A DNA stretch of 64,000 nucleotides from Eledone cirrhosa (GCA_964016885.1 OZ024752.1:1736001-1800000); one strand, 5' to 3'; counted from the first letter of the stretch, positions 26,870 through 42,646 are shown. The notes: a model not told the origin generated them from the sequence alone. A program made the numbers and translations.

Positions 26870-27106
26870 CTTCGGCAAGGCTAGCCATAACTCGGTCGGT
26901 ATGCAACTGAGAGTACAAGACTCCTGCTTGGGCAGGACGACGCAAGTCCATCGCAGGATGAAACCCCTCAACTATTGTTGGTACTCATTTTCAGCTGAGT
27001 ATACTGGAGCAACATGAAATGAACTGTTTTGCTCAAGAACACAACACGCAACCCACGACATTATGATCGTAAGTCCAACACACTTACCACTAGGCTACAT
27101 GCCTCC
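26870..27106 (-). mobile_element. tRNA-derived SINE, family 2 (CORE-like central domain)
   Basis: Minus strand GGAGGCATGTAGCCTAGTGGTAAG...TTGTGTTCTTGAGCAAAACA...GTTGCTCCAGTATACTCAGCTGAAAATGAGTACC; paralog at 40715-40969. Confidence 0.8.
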
Positions 27107-27147
27107 ACTCACACACATGTGCCCCAACGTACACACATACAAGCATA

Positions 27148-28480
27148 CGATAGCCGAAATCTGAGCAATTGATGTTACGACTAGAAAAATACTAAACAAC
27201 ACCAGAAACTTCCACATCGATAGTGAAATAGACCGCCTCTACTTGAAACTCAAGCAGGGAGGCAGAGGCTTAACATCAGTTCAGATAGCATTTGAATGTC
27301 GCATCATATCACTTCGACAACAGTTACGAACGTCGAAGCGTATGAGCCAATCTATAAAGCAACTCTATCTGCATGAGACAGATCAGATCATGAGAGTTTG
27401 GAAGAGACTCTTTGAAAGATATTCCCTGCGTGGTAATCAAAGACTCACATCTCGGAAAGTTGACAAAGCAGTACCGCAGTGAATCCATGGATGAAACACT
27501 CCATAGTTATCAACAAACCATCATGCATGATATGTTGCCAGGAAGCTCCAGAGTGAGAGTAATATAGATGAACTAAGTAGTCTCTTGGGCCAACAAACGC
27601 TCTATTGGCTCCCACTTTGAAAGATATGCTTTTGCAATCCAAGAACAGGAAATCAACACGAACATCCTGATTCACAAAAGTAATAGAGACGTAGACAAAC
27701 CCTTATGTCTTAAGCAGCTGTCCAGAGATATCATCGCGGTGCTATTTACCTATGAAACATGATGTAGTGGCCAATGTACACTGTACAATGCAATATGTTG
27801 ATAGCCGCGATGATAGACACATTAAAAGCTACAGCAATGTGGAAGACATACATATACGTAATATGGAACAGTACCGGTGGAATGTTCCAGTAAATACCCC
27901 AATAAAATATAGGCATAACAGACCAGATATAATGATATGGGACAGGGAAAAGAAGGCATGCACAGTAGTGGAACTTAGCTGCCCAGTAGATGCCAATATA
28001 ATATTAAAGATTAACGAAAAGGAGGACATCTATTCATAACTAATGAGAAATCTGCATATACTGCATGCTCTCTATCCATTCAGATTTATGCCTGTGATTA
28101 TTGGGGCACGGGGATATGTTAGTAACTGCCTCAATACAAAACTTGAGAAGCTGGACTTCACAGAAACAGAAGGAACATGGTTAGTTAGGAAATAACAAGT
28201 AAAATCCATTAATGGGACAGTAAAAATATGTAAAACATTACAAAAATTCTGCATTTAATAACTGCATATACATTTGTACTGATACAAATCATATGCACAA
28301 GCACACACACAACTCAAAACATCCACATCTACACATACAACAACATCCATACATGTACACACATGCATGCATACATATCTACCGAATTGATGTTGTGTAA
28401 ATTCCAATGGGAGAGTCTTGTAACTATGTTAGAAACCGACCCTCTCTCTATTGGCAAACATTTGTGAAATTATAAAATCG
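27148..28480 (+). mobile_element. Decayed R4/Dong-like non-LTR element (RLE type), 5'-truncated
   Basis: DRLYLKLKQGGRGL, AIQEQEINT, HDVVAN, W...HNRPDIMIWDREKKACTVVELSCP...EK..Y, P.IIGA.G: the PD..D/E restriction-like endonuclease C-terminus. Confidence 0.8.
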
Positions 28481-29715
28481 GAAGTCCATAAACACACGCG
28501 CACATGCAAATGCACACGCACACGCATATATAAATATAATAAATGTAATCTGAGTTTTTCGAATATTAATGATAATATCGATTCGTTTGCAATTATTCAA
28601 ACAGCCTCTTTAAAGTCATGTCAGTAGAATGACTTCATCATTCTTGCTCTTGTGTTCGTATGTAAACATAACTGCAGACACTAATGGCCGGCCGTGCCGT
28701 ATTCAAACTACATTTATTGTATTCAGCCATGCATAGCGATGAACTATTTTTTTGTTTTTTGAATATAGGCAAAGCCGGCTATTAATCGCTAGTATACATG
28801 AGACTGATGGCCTATCTGCTGACATGCACATCTTGCTGATGAGTGGATCTGCTTATACGCAGACATGACTGATCAGACAGCCTGCTAATATGGATATCAG
28901 GCCGATTAATCACTATGTTTTAGAAAATATCATATATTTTCACTAGCTCTGACTGTTGGCATCTAAGCGGTAATCTGTACCGATGAAGGGTAATCACCCA
29001 GAAGCATTAGTGTTTGCAGTTCTGCTTACATGCCAACATAAGAGCAAGAATGGCGAGGACATTCAATTATGGAAAGAGTTATGATATAGAAAAAATGTAA
29101 GATATTGCTATATACGTAATTATATGGTCTTGAACTAATTAAAGGAGGTATTAATAAATATGAAAAATACACCATTATTAACAAACTAGTAGTATGGCCA
29201 AAAAGGCGAAATTAATTTCTTAAGATAGATAATGGACTCACATACAATAAAAAAAATAAGTTAAAAAAGCCAATAACTCAAAATAAAATGAATTGTACTA
29301 AATTAGTTTGGGTACGCTATTATGATTTCATTCTAGATTTTAAGAGCCTACATGGTGATGTATTCGTATTAGAAGCTTCCGTAAGAAATGTTGAATGACT
29401 GTGATAAATAGGATCGCTTTAATAAATATTATTCAATGAATACAATTTATTATTCCTTGTTAAAAGCTCAAAAAGTATCAGCGGAGATATTATCAAGGAA
29501 AAAAAAACATATGTTAGAAAGGCTGCGAGGTGATACAATGATATATATTAGTAGCTATATCACAAGCTGGGCCATAGGGAACACAACGAAAGACATACAG
29601 ATACTGTGTGAAATAAAAATGTTGGAAGCAATTTTTAAATGAATCAGATTGAGAAGCGGTAAAACATATTAAATGAAAAGTTGTCATATCGTCAATACAC
29701 AATTATTATAAGTAT

Positions 29716-29903
29716 GGTGGATTGGCAGTATCGGTAGAGAGTCGGACGCCATGCTTTCCAGCATAGTTACGTCGCTTTACGGTCTGAGTTCAAATCCCGC
29801 CGAGGTTTACTTTGCCTTTCATCCTTACGGGGGTCGATAAAATAAAGTACCAGTAATGCACTGGGTAATTGCTGGCCTTGTGCCTAAAGTAGAAACAATT
29901 ATA
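29716..29903 (+). mobile_element. Full-length SINE family 1 with 11-bp TSD
   Basis: A/B boxes TGGCAGTATCGG and GAGTTCAAATCC; direct repeat ATTATAAGTAT at 29705-29715 and 29898-29908. Confidence 0.9.
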
Positions 29904-31423
29904 AGTATATCAATACCCATACAGTGGTGATTATAATAATTAAGAAAGGATAGAAAATACATCAAAATAAAACAAATGATTTCCCGGGAGTGTTTTAAAG
30001 TTTCTCTGAAGAATTGAACAACTATGTATTGTGGCAGAATAATTCTTCAAATTCCTCAAATTGCGTTTGATACATAATTAAATATTGGCAATTGTTGAGA
30101 ATATATCAAAGAGTATACTTAATTTTCTACTGAAATTTAATTAAACACTTGGGGATATAATGCATCCATAGCTTTTGTAACAATATTTTAAACATTCAGA
30201 TTTTAAACACCCATGTGTAAACATTACTAAACAAGAATTTTATGGAATAAATCAATAAAAAAAAATAACATCGAAACGCTTAATTAAGTACATGAAATAT
30301 GACTTCTCACATAAACACGCAAGCACGCTCCAGCATAAAGTCAGTTATGGACATATATATATGTACCCACCCGTGCGACCACGTGTGTGTGTGTGTACAT
30401 ATACACAGGATTTGTTCAAAGTTTGAGTTTTTCAGTACTCTTAACTATTGTATGAATATATTAATGTATACATGTACGTCTGTGTCTGTGCGTTTGTCAG
30501 TAAGTAAATATTTTAATCCATACAATAAACCAAATATAAATAAAAGGCAGTGAGCGAGAGTAACATGCAACAATTTAACTTGTGAAAATATAATAATATA
30601 ATATATATGCTAAAAGACAGAGGTCTAGTTTACAGCCGTGGCAAAAGTCGACATCGTAAAGATGAACAGCATGAAAATATACACAAAAAAAGAAAAAGGA
30701 GCTGCTCTGCATTAAATATTGAAGATACCTGAGAAAATTCCACGCAGAAGCGATGGAAGACCTTCAAGAATACACAATTACCAGATGTTCTGCATAAAAA
30801 ATAGCTGCTGAATATGTGAAGGCTTGGAAAGAACAGTTAGAGATATTCACTAAAACAAATTACAGAGTTTTGATTCAGAGGTGGGGATAATAGTAACTAG
30901 GTCGATTCTCAGTGTGTGTGAGTGTGGTTGGATACCTCTTACTAAATGAAACCAAGTATCATGTGTTATTGAAAGAATTATCATAAGAAATATTTGTGGG
31001 GTTTGATGACATTATAAACTTGAAGATATTTCCGCATTATGAAATAATAATGTTAACACAAATACAATAATCATATCTTAGAATTAACAACCGTCTATGC
31101 TGTTTCCTTTATGTATGGGGCGAATATAACCTAAGGGCTCGATGATATTCTCGAATAGTACTAGGAAAGTACATTTGTCTTTTTTTGTAATACCCCTTAA
31201 CTTATGATAAAACATCCCACGAACAAATTCAGAAAATATCCAAATATACATACGAATATGGATATAGATATGTCGGCTGATTATATAAACGAAGAAATTA
31301 AAATAGATGTTTTGCAATAATTGTAAAAGTCTATATTCACACAAATACATACTCAAAAGTCGGTACTTATATATATGAACAACATGCAGTAAATGGCACA
31401 CAAAGAATATATATATATACACT

Positions 31424-31774
31424 TCGTTTTAGAATTTGTTTTGCAAGATTTCTTATCTGAAACCGTGTGTTGCAACACATATTGTTATACTTTGGGAGGG
31501 TCATGCTGCCAATAGAAAGACGCGCACCTGGTGTTTTCGCTTCAATTTATCACAAATTTCCGGTTGGCTGGTTGGATAACCAGATGGTTATCAATATTGT
31601 CAAAGCTCTTTCGCCACAGGAGGTTCCATAATGCCTGACGCAAGAGCCTTGACTATATATAAACAATCATACGATTATCGAACCAAACAACCAGAGTTAT
31701 AATAAAATGAATTGAAAATCTTCGGGTGCGTGTGTGTTTATTGGCAACATAACCCTCCCAAAGTATAACAATAT
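31424..31774. mobile_element. Fold-back hairpin + tail element made from the 3' end of the PLE family at 49750-50762
   Basis: Diverged arms 31479-31617 / 31636-31774, tail 31424-31478. Both arms and the tail are collinear with 50528-50762. Confidence 0.8.
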
Positions 31775-31783
31775 ATATATATT

Positions 31784-31837
<54 letters not shown>

Positions 31838-31902
31838 TATATATATATATATATATTGGTATATATAAAATATATATATTGGTATATATATATATATATA
31901 TT

Positions 31903-31977
<75 letters not shown>

Positions 31978-32005
31978 TGTATACATATATATATGTATAT
32001 ATATG

Positions 32006-32038
<33 letters not shown>

Positions 32039-32078
32039 GTATATGTATATATATATGTATATATATATATGTATATGT

Positions 32079-32131
<53 letters not shown>

Positions 32132-32148
32132 GTATATATATATATATA
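31775..32148. repeat. Interrupted (TA)n array
   Basis: TTTG/TTGG then TG interruptions. Confidence 0.95.
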
Positions 32149-32352
32149 GTATTAGTTATACTATTTATGGTTATGTAAATACAAAGCCTTAAGCAGTTGT
32201 AAGTATTTTACACACACCCTAAATAGTGGTAGGCAGTAATGTATTACTACCTTATTACCAGTAAGTTAAGTAGCTCAATGTAAAAACATCAGATGATTTA
32301 CAGAGCAGTTATATGAAATATAAGAATCAAAGAACTGTTCAAAACATTATTG

Positions 32353-32399
32353 TGCTTACAGCTGTTTCCTCCAAACCGAGGTTTGGATTCTTCGGAGCA
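32353..32399 (-). ncRNA. Type I HHR in the 3' pLTR
   Basis: Revcomp of 34607-34653. Confidence 0.75.
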
Positions 32400-33815
32400 A
32401 TTTATTAATGCATGGACAGTTATATGACCTCCTTTTCAGCCGAGAGACATACCAAATACATATTCAAACATTGATACATATTCAAACATTGTGGGTCAAC
32501 ATTCATTACAGAATTTAGAGTGGCAGTACACACTTCGAGATTACATTTATATTAATAGGTACAATCAAAAATCAAAGATATAGGTTAAAGTACAACATGA
32601 AGATAAGTGGTTATATAGTGCAAATGTTATATGTGTGGCACGCATGTGCGTCTTGTTTATATAGTGTGGCAGAGAGATATGTGTGGTAGAGGCACTTAGG
32701 TAGGTAAATAAGAGTGTTAGGTTGGTAGGTCTGGTGGCAAAGTCTTTATATGATTGATATAGTCTGTGTGTGGAGAAATATTATAAGCATTAAAGATAGT
32801 GCAAGCATTAAAAGTGTTATAAGTATTGGAGATGCACAGCGCAGGGATGTCAAGTAATTCATGTACTTCGGCATTTTCATGGTCAAGGGAGTGTATATTT
32901 CGATTATATGCCTTTCACATAATCCACGACAATCCAGTAAGAGATCGTAGTCTGGTGTTCTTTAGTTCGATACAGGGGGATGTTACGTTTCGAGAAACGC
33001 CATTGAATACCGGAAGTGTGTGTGTGGCTAAGGGGAGTTAATGCATGCGGGGAGGTAACTCTGGGGTTTCTATATCTAGCCATTAAAATGTGTCCCAATA
33101 TAGACCCTAAATTCTATGGTGAGGTGCACCTTCCAAGAGAGACTTTTAAAGCATAAAGTGTACTAACTATAGAGTAGTTTATATTATTATTAAGGTGGAT
33201 TAACCCATCTTAAGGTGCTACAAATGGAAATTATAGATGATGAGCGAGGATTCTAAAATGATCTCTGTGGTTGTAGTCTGCTCATATGACCAGGCGCGGT
33301 GATTGCAGGATTGCTTCAGGACCCAATGATCTCTGGTAAGATCTGGGTCATCGCTTGCTACATTGGATGTCGAAAGATAATCGTCCCCAGGCAGGCCAAG
33401 GTCAATCCGCAGTCCTCGCGACCCCTCTCTGACCGTCAGATCATCCATATACGTACAACCCGCACGGCAGTTGCATTGCATTCACTCACTGCGCTCAGCA
33501 GCCCGGTCCTACTGGTCAACAGCGCTACTCGATTAAATCATTTTACATCTGTCTAAGGAAGGTGTTTCCTCTGCCCAACAACATCCAACCGATCAATTCA
33601 TGCTCAAAATTACCCTTAGAGCGGTGTAGTGCCATCAAGTGGGTGGATGTTGTCACACCTGCCGTAGAGGTATAAATGGGTATTTTCCCTGCGAAGGGTT
33701 CCAGAGGGATGCCGTTGTTTGTGTTATAATGGATCAGCTAGTGTTGGGTATGTAGTATAGGGTGTGTTTCTGGTGTTTGATGCTAGATGTGGTGTTAGGT
33801 TCCAGTCCGACATTG

Positions 33816-34540
33816 CTATATATAGGGCTTAAAGTTTTGGAAGGAATGTCTGAGGCGGTGCTGGCAAGTTGCAAACACCTCAGATTTTTTGTTAAGTAGG
33901 TTACGGTTGGAGAAGATAATATTGTGTGTCTCTAGAATACAGAGGTTACAGAATTTATTAGGTGGTTTGTACGAGGTCGCGCTGCCTATCACTTCCCATT
34001 TGAGTGTGTATGGTTTATTTTTAGATTTTAGATAGTGTATGTAGCTAGAAAGTGAGGTGGAGTTGGCTAGGCTGTGCTTTTTGAACGAGTGGATGTGCGA
34101 GTTATATCTGATTTTGAAGCAGTTAGAAGTGGAGCCTACATAGGTTTCTGAAGAGTTATTAGTCGTGACTGTGCATGAGTATATGACATCCTTGGTTAGG
34201 CATTTTTTATCTAAAGGGCAGGTTCTATTAGCTCTACAGTTACAATTATTCTGTGCGTTAGTCCGCTGGTTATAATGCAATGCGGAAGTCTGTGTGGTGG
34301 ATATAGGATTTTGGGTGTTCGGGTTGGCAACCCTGGTGTTATTACTTATACTAGTGTTATTTCTATTGTTACTGCCGTTGCTATTGTTGCTTGCTACAGT
34401 GGTATTTAGAGGGTTTGCATCCTGTTGTGATTTTGTTTGTTGGAAGTAAGAACTAATTTTACTATTATTGCTGCTAGCTATGTGGTATGCTAAGTTAGGC
34501 GTCGTAGAGTATGAGATTTTAATGGTGTTTTTGTTTAAGA
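33816..34540 (-). pseudogene. PLE ORF C-terminal fragment: linker, Cys-rich motif, GIY-YIG endonuclease (RT lost)
   Basis: NTIKISYS..PN...CNCR...CPLDKKC...VIY...YVGST...FK.RY..H..SF...STSLS.YI..LK...W...CNLC..E...LLNKKSE...CQH; frame uninterrupted. The N-terminal MHGQ..LLFS repeats in the ORF track come from the inverted pLTR. Confidence 0.9.
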
Positions 34541-34606
34541 GGCTGAAAAGGAGGCTGAAAAGGAGGCTGAAAAGGAGGTCATATAACTGTCCATGCATTA
34601 ATAAAT

Positions 34607-34653
34607 TGCTCCGAAGAATCCAAACCTCGGTTTGGAGGAAACAGCTGTAAGCA
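34607..34653 (+). ncRNA. Type I HHR in the inverted pLTR (U4C core variant)
   Basis: TGCT-CCGAAGA-ATCCAAAC(CTCG)GTTTGGAG-GAAA-CAGCTG-TA-AGCA: helix I TGCT/AGCA, palindromic helix III ACAGCTGT. Confidence 0.75.
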
Positions 34654-34711
34654 CAATAATGTTTTGAACAGTTCTTTGATTCTTATATTTCATATATTTC
34701 ATATATTTCAT

Positions 34712-34743
<32 letters not shown>

Positions 34744-34772
34744 ATGTATATATATATATATATATATATATA

Positions 34773-34803
<31 letters not shown>

Positions 34804-34828
34804 ATGTATATATATATATATATATATA

Positions 34829-34917
<89 letters not shown>

Positions 34918-34918
<1 letters not shown>

Positions 34919-35141
34919 TATTAAGTGTAATGAATTCTTTTACAATGGAATTAGCTCGAAGAAAGAAATATTTCTGAGCCGTGTATAAACAAATATATAT
35001 GATGAAACACAAATACCAACACATCTGTATTTATATTGCAAAAGAAAATTTAGCAAGTATACTTCATTCTGGCTAAATTTTCTGTTGCAATATAAATACA
35101 GATGTGTTGGTATTTGTGTTTCATTATATATATTTGTTTAT
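34918..35141. mobile_element. Fold-back hairpin + tail element
   Basis: Arms 34985-35054 / 35072-35141 (near-perfect), tail 34918-34984, (TA)n flanks. Confidence 0.85.
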
Positions 35142-37430
<2,289 letters not shown>

Positions 37431-37995
37431 CGTATATGTATATATGCACACACATGGATGGATTGATGCGTTAATTATAGATATCGAGCACCAAAATTTG
37501 TGTGACCATTGAAATGTTTGTATTTTAGTTAAACATGTAAATAAGTATTTCGTTAAAATTAATTTGCGCTAGTACAGTGTGCTGGCAAATAGATTAAATA
37601 ATTATTTCGTGATATTCTAAATAGATTAGTCCTTTTAATGCAAAAACAAATAGTCTATATCTTAATTAGACAGTCGTATCCGTGACATATAACGAAATAC
37701 ATTGTGCATTTATATACATTTGTCCAATTTATATGACTATATATCTCTGCGAGAGGCTAATTGTTCGTCACGAAATTGATATACCAAATATACATCTTCA
37801 TTATCCCACAAATTCGTTACTGTGTGTAGCACTTTTCAATTAATATATGTTCATGTGAAGTCAATCTATCATGGTTGTCATCGAATGATAAAGCAAGAAT
37901 TCAATGTATTTTGCAACTTGAATTCGATCAGAATTCCTTTTTCGGAAAACATGTTCCAATTTTACCGTTACACTTGAGTCACCAGAAAAAAGATT

Positions 37996-38041
<46 letters not shown>

Positions 38042-38132
38042 ATATGTAAAAGGTAAACATAAATAACAACATAATTGGTACAGTAATTGGAAGATATATA
38101 TTAGGTTAACGCTTGATATAGCAGGAAGAGGG

Positions 38133-38168
38133 CCTAAACGTTTCGGATGCTAGTCCTTCGTCAGAAGA
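38133..38168 (-). ncRNA. Probable degenerate minimal HHR in a short PLE-type remnant (about 38045-38400)
   Basis: Minus TCTT-CTGACGA-AGGA(CTAGCA)TCC-GAAA-CG-TT-TAGG: core intact, helix I weak. Confidence 0.5.
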
Positions 38169-38396
38169 AAGAAAGAGAAATAAGACAGATCGAGGGGACG
38201 GGCGGACTGGAATTGGAAAACTTGTCTTTAGATAAAAATAACAGGTCCATTCATGATGACATCTCTTGCAAAACTGTTGGTGCTGGCGTTTTGTGTATGA
38301 TTTATTTTTGAGAAAAGTGGTGATGGAGCGCATCTACCTGAAATGGCAAAAAACCAGTTTTCTAAAAACAGCTATACTTGTCCACGTGCGTAAGCA

Positions 38397-38441
<45 letters not shown>

Positions 38442-38580
38442 CAAATGCTTTAAATCCTTGATGTTTCTAAGCTTAATGTATAACAGCTCCGCGTGACCCC
38501 CTCTGTATTGAGCTTTATATCAACCTGTAAAAAAGTTTATATATTCCCCTTAATTTTATAACTACAACGTTAATACATTG

Positions 38581-38646
<66 letters not shown>

Positions 38647-39649
38647 TATATATATATATGTGTGTGTTTGTGTAAAAACATGTCAGAGTCAAGGGGTGAA
38701 GGAGAAAGAGGGTTGAGAATTAGACATACATATATGAAGTCAGATACTCTTTTGCAGAATATGGCATGAGTAATTGCATATTTCCTGGTTCTTATCTTCT
38801 AAATTCATACGGGAAAATATTCCTTTTTTTCATAGTTTCCTTTAATAGAATTCGACTAAAGTATTAAAAAACTATTCTGTACGTTCAATGTAATATTCAA
38901 ATCTGTACATTAAACTAATCATTTCTGTTTAAATATATTAACACTATCATGAGTAAAACAAATTACGAATACGTAATTATTAATTCTGTCATGTTTACTC
39001 TTCGCCGTCATCTAGTGACAAAGAAATTGAGAATGTAACTTAAGTCTTTGTAAACGTAATTTCTACCGAAATTTTGTGTTCTTGAAACAGTAGTGATTTT
39101 AATGCCGCTTGTGTGCACCGGTTTGCTTTCTTTATCAAATAAGTATTTCTTCTTTAGGCACAAGGCCAGTTTCGTTTATCAAATCATGAAACCGCGTGGG
39201 AAGCTTTAACTGAAATATCATTAATTTTTAACATCTCAATTTAATGTAACTTAATTAACAGGTAGAAATTAAATTAAAACTTTATGCGAAACAATTATAT
39301 ATATATATATATATGTATATTACAAATTATTTCAATAATTTTTCGGATACATGCGTCTGATGAGAATGAAAATATCTAAAAACGATGACGTCTGTATTTA
39401 TGTTTTAATAACATACCAAGACATATTCTAGAAATGTATTATTCTGTGTAATTAATTGTCAGCTTTAATTAAATATAAATCTTGAAATGTTTATGTTGTT
39501 CAAATATTCATCGTATTACTTATGCCATCCTCACTTACAATTGTTTTAGATGAGAGAAATATCATGTATCATAGATAAGTATTCAGAGAGAGAAAAAATC
39601 AATAGGCCGTTGACAATACATCATTGTGAGTAGAATATACATCACCTCC

Positions 39650-40300
39650 ACTACTGAATTTCTGGAAGCATCTCATTGCACCAACGTTTCAGACAAGTTA
39701 TATATATATGTAGTAGAGATATGGTTGTAGTATTAGCAAGTAGTTCAGAGTGGTTAAGCCCTAGGTGGGTTAATATGTAGTTTAGGTGTATTATAAATAT
39801 CTCTGAATTCCAACTTGCTTTTACATGACCTTGTAGTTGTTCCTTGACCTGCAGAGTTGGTAGTAGAGGAGGTGCATTTTTTTCTCTCACGAAACCCGAT
39901 ATCATGTGTATCCGGATATCGATGTGAGAATGACTCATCTCCTGTATCAAAATATCATATGATATATGCGCTCTCTTATCGACTTCTCGCTACACATTTC
40001 CTCGATTGCATGTGACCCTTGATACTTTATACACAGTGTCATCAGCTGTCATCAGTGTCATCAACTTTCATAAGGACTGAATATATATATAATATGAATG
40101 TTGAATTACCCATCCATGAACCTGATAACAACACTCAATTTAAGACATCATGGTTTACGTGGAAACTGGGATGTTCTTCTAGTAGCATTTTCTTGTCCCT
40201 TTGAGGTTGAAAAAAAGGTAGTTCTCCCCGTATGCGTTATGCAGTTCAGATTTGCATAATGAATGGACGCACGACATAGATTTGCGTGTAACAGATAGGA
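39650..40300 (-). mobile_element. Possible decayed mariner transposase remnant
   Basis: Minus-strand DTGDESFSHRYP resembles the mariner TGDE.W..Y.P motif; downstream KVM...WNSEIFI resembles KVM..FWDS.G.I. No TIRs seen. Confidence 0.35.
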
Positions 40301-40714
40301 GGAATTTCCGTTTGGTTTTAGTATAAAGGGAATTAGATCAAAGTATGGAGAAACATACCGGATGATCATAATTGTGACAGACGCAAAAGAAAATAATAAA
40401 AAATATGCACCTATGCACAGGGGCCTAGGAGTTGTATTTCATAAATTCTCACAAAAATTAAAGGTATAATGAGGGAGGAGTATTTGCACATTTCTCATTC
40501 GTGCATCACATATGTAATCTTTACATGTATGTATGTATGTATGTATGTATGTATGTATGTATGTATGTATGTATGCATATATATAGATGATTCTGCATGT
40601 GTGTACGTGCGCACTCCCGAGTTACCACTAATATTTCATTCATATAAATTCTATTTCGGCTGAGTGAGATATGTTTCAGTCACTATATATAAGTGTAAGG
40701 TCTGTCTTAAGGCA

Positions 40715-40969
40715 GAAGGCTCATTTGGCCGGTGCTTACTCCGATTTCTTGGCGTGAAACGACAGAGTACAAAACTCCCCGCTGGACAGGACGCCAGGCC
40801 ATCGCAGGGTTAAACCCCTCAGATATTGATGGTACTCATTTTGAACTGAGTATACTGGAGCAACATGAAATGAATTGTTTCGTTCAGGAACACAACACGC
40901 AGCCCAGGAATCGAACACACGACATTATGATCGCAATTCCAACACACTTAACACTAGGCCAGTGCCTCC
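40715..40969 (-). mobile_element. SINE family 2
   Basis: Collinear with 26870-27106; retains a GTTCGATTCC B box on minus. Confidence 0.8.
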
Positions 40970-41335
40970 ACGCACCCATGCGCACACGCGTACACGTGCG
41001 CACACACACAAACCCAGACACGCACATGCGCGCGCACAAACACATACAGACAGATTTCATGAGAAAATTTAATTGAAAATTCGAATTACAGAAACAAAAA
41101 ATATTATTAATGAAACATTTGAAGCTACGTGTATATCTAGTTTTAAGAGAATTATATAATCAGGTAAATATATTTGTGCATAACATATCATATACATAGC
41201 ATAACATATACAAGAAGCATATTGAATGTTATATGCTAAAAATACAAGGCATATTTTCATTTTCGTTTAACAAATATATATTGTCAATAATAAAAACAAA
41301 AGACACACCAAATAAGATTCTCAGTACTGTGCAAC

Positions 41336-41548
41336 ATAGTGGATTGACAGAATCGATAGAGCGTCGGACAAAATATTCGGAATATTTAGTTATTTCTCCT
41401 TACGTTCTCATTTCAAATTCCGCCAAGTTTAGCTTTTCCTCTCATCCTTACAGGGTCGATAAAATAAAGTACCAGTAAGCACTGGTGTCGATTTAATTCA
41501 GTTTCCCCTTCCATTTAAATTGTTGGCCTTGCGCCTAAAGAAAAAACG
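41336..41548 (+). mobile_element. Diverged SINE family 1
   Basis: GGATTGACAGAATCG...TTCAAATTCCGCC...TCATCCTTACAGGGTCGATAAAATAAAGTACCAG...GGCCTTGCGCCTAAA. Confidence 0.75.
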
Positions 41549-42327
41549 CTTATTATTATTAGGTTTATTATTATTATGCTTGTTATATATTGGATATCGT
41601 TAGAAAAACGATTTTCTTCCCTACGCAAACTAATTGTTCAGCTGAACTGTTATTGGAAAGAATACATAATCTAAGTTGACATCAACTACAATGTTAATAT
41701 GACAAATACAATAACACCACGGATATTACTGGAACTATTTTAAACTAGCATAACATCTGAGAGGTATCGCTTCTGACTCACTTGATCAGCTCTGACATCT
41801 CTCTACATCATTTAATATCATTTTCATGTCACGACATTAGAATAGATACCTAGTGAATATGGCCTCTTATCTCTGGAGGCAAGTAAATATTGTAAGACAA
41901 GAATTAACTGACATGCTTCTTATTGCGACTAGCCAGATCATTGTAAACTGGATACTGTGATCAATTCGATTTTTACAGTCCGATATATCGTGTTTTCTCA
42001 TTATTCAGAGGGGAATGTCTATTTATTTCAAAACAATAGATACCTTTGTTAGGCAAATCAAATTACAATACTGAGGTTGATGTGTAGCTTCAATTGTTTA
42101 AGTCCAGAGGGGTTTTTAATGCTATTATCTATTGACAATAAATGTATACTTATCTGATACTTACATACGTATTTACCTCTATTCACAAGCGCAAACACAC
42201 ATAGAAGTCCCCAAAACTACCAACATCACACCCACACACACATACACACACACGCACACACATATATACATACATACACACACACACATACACATACATA
42301 CATACATACATATACATACATACATAC

Positions 42328-42576
42328 ACGATGGCTGCCCCCTCGTTATCGAGTATGGCCATTGCACGAGGAGAAAAAAAAATAATAGATGAATAAAAAA
42401 TAAAATAAAATAAAAAAAAAGAAATATATATATATATATACACACATACATATACATATATACACACATATATATATACATACACACATATACATTAATA
42501 ACAATAATAATAATAATAACAGCAATAATAATATACATATACATATATATATACACACACACGCACACACATAAAC

Positions 42577-42646
<70 letters not shown>

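Larger units (their letters stand above)
32149..34720 (-). mobile_element. 5'-truncated Penelope-like element with inverted pLTR
   Basis: GIY-YIG ORF on minus; 3' pLTR 32310-32441 plus tail to 32149; apparently identical inverted copy at 34565-34696; inserted in (TA)n. Confidence 0.92.

Noticed and set aside
32440-33815. SECIS element in the PLE 3' region
   Set aside because: No convincing AUGA/AA/GA stem-loop found by eye and no in-frame TGA in the surviving ORF.
34541-34598. ATG start MHGQLYD(LLFS)3 as the true N-terminus of a stand-alone GIY-YIG gene
   Set aside because: This segment is the antisense of the inverted pLTR plus junction repeats, so the fusion is fortuitous.
39355-39393. 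CTGATGA followed by a weak stem and ACGATGACGTC
   Set aside because: GAAA box absent and no helix I; chance match or too decayed.
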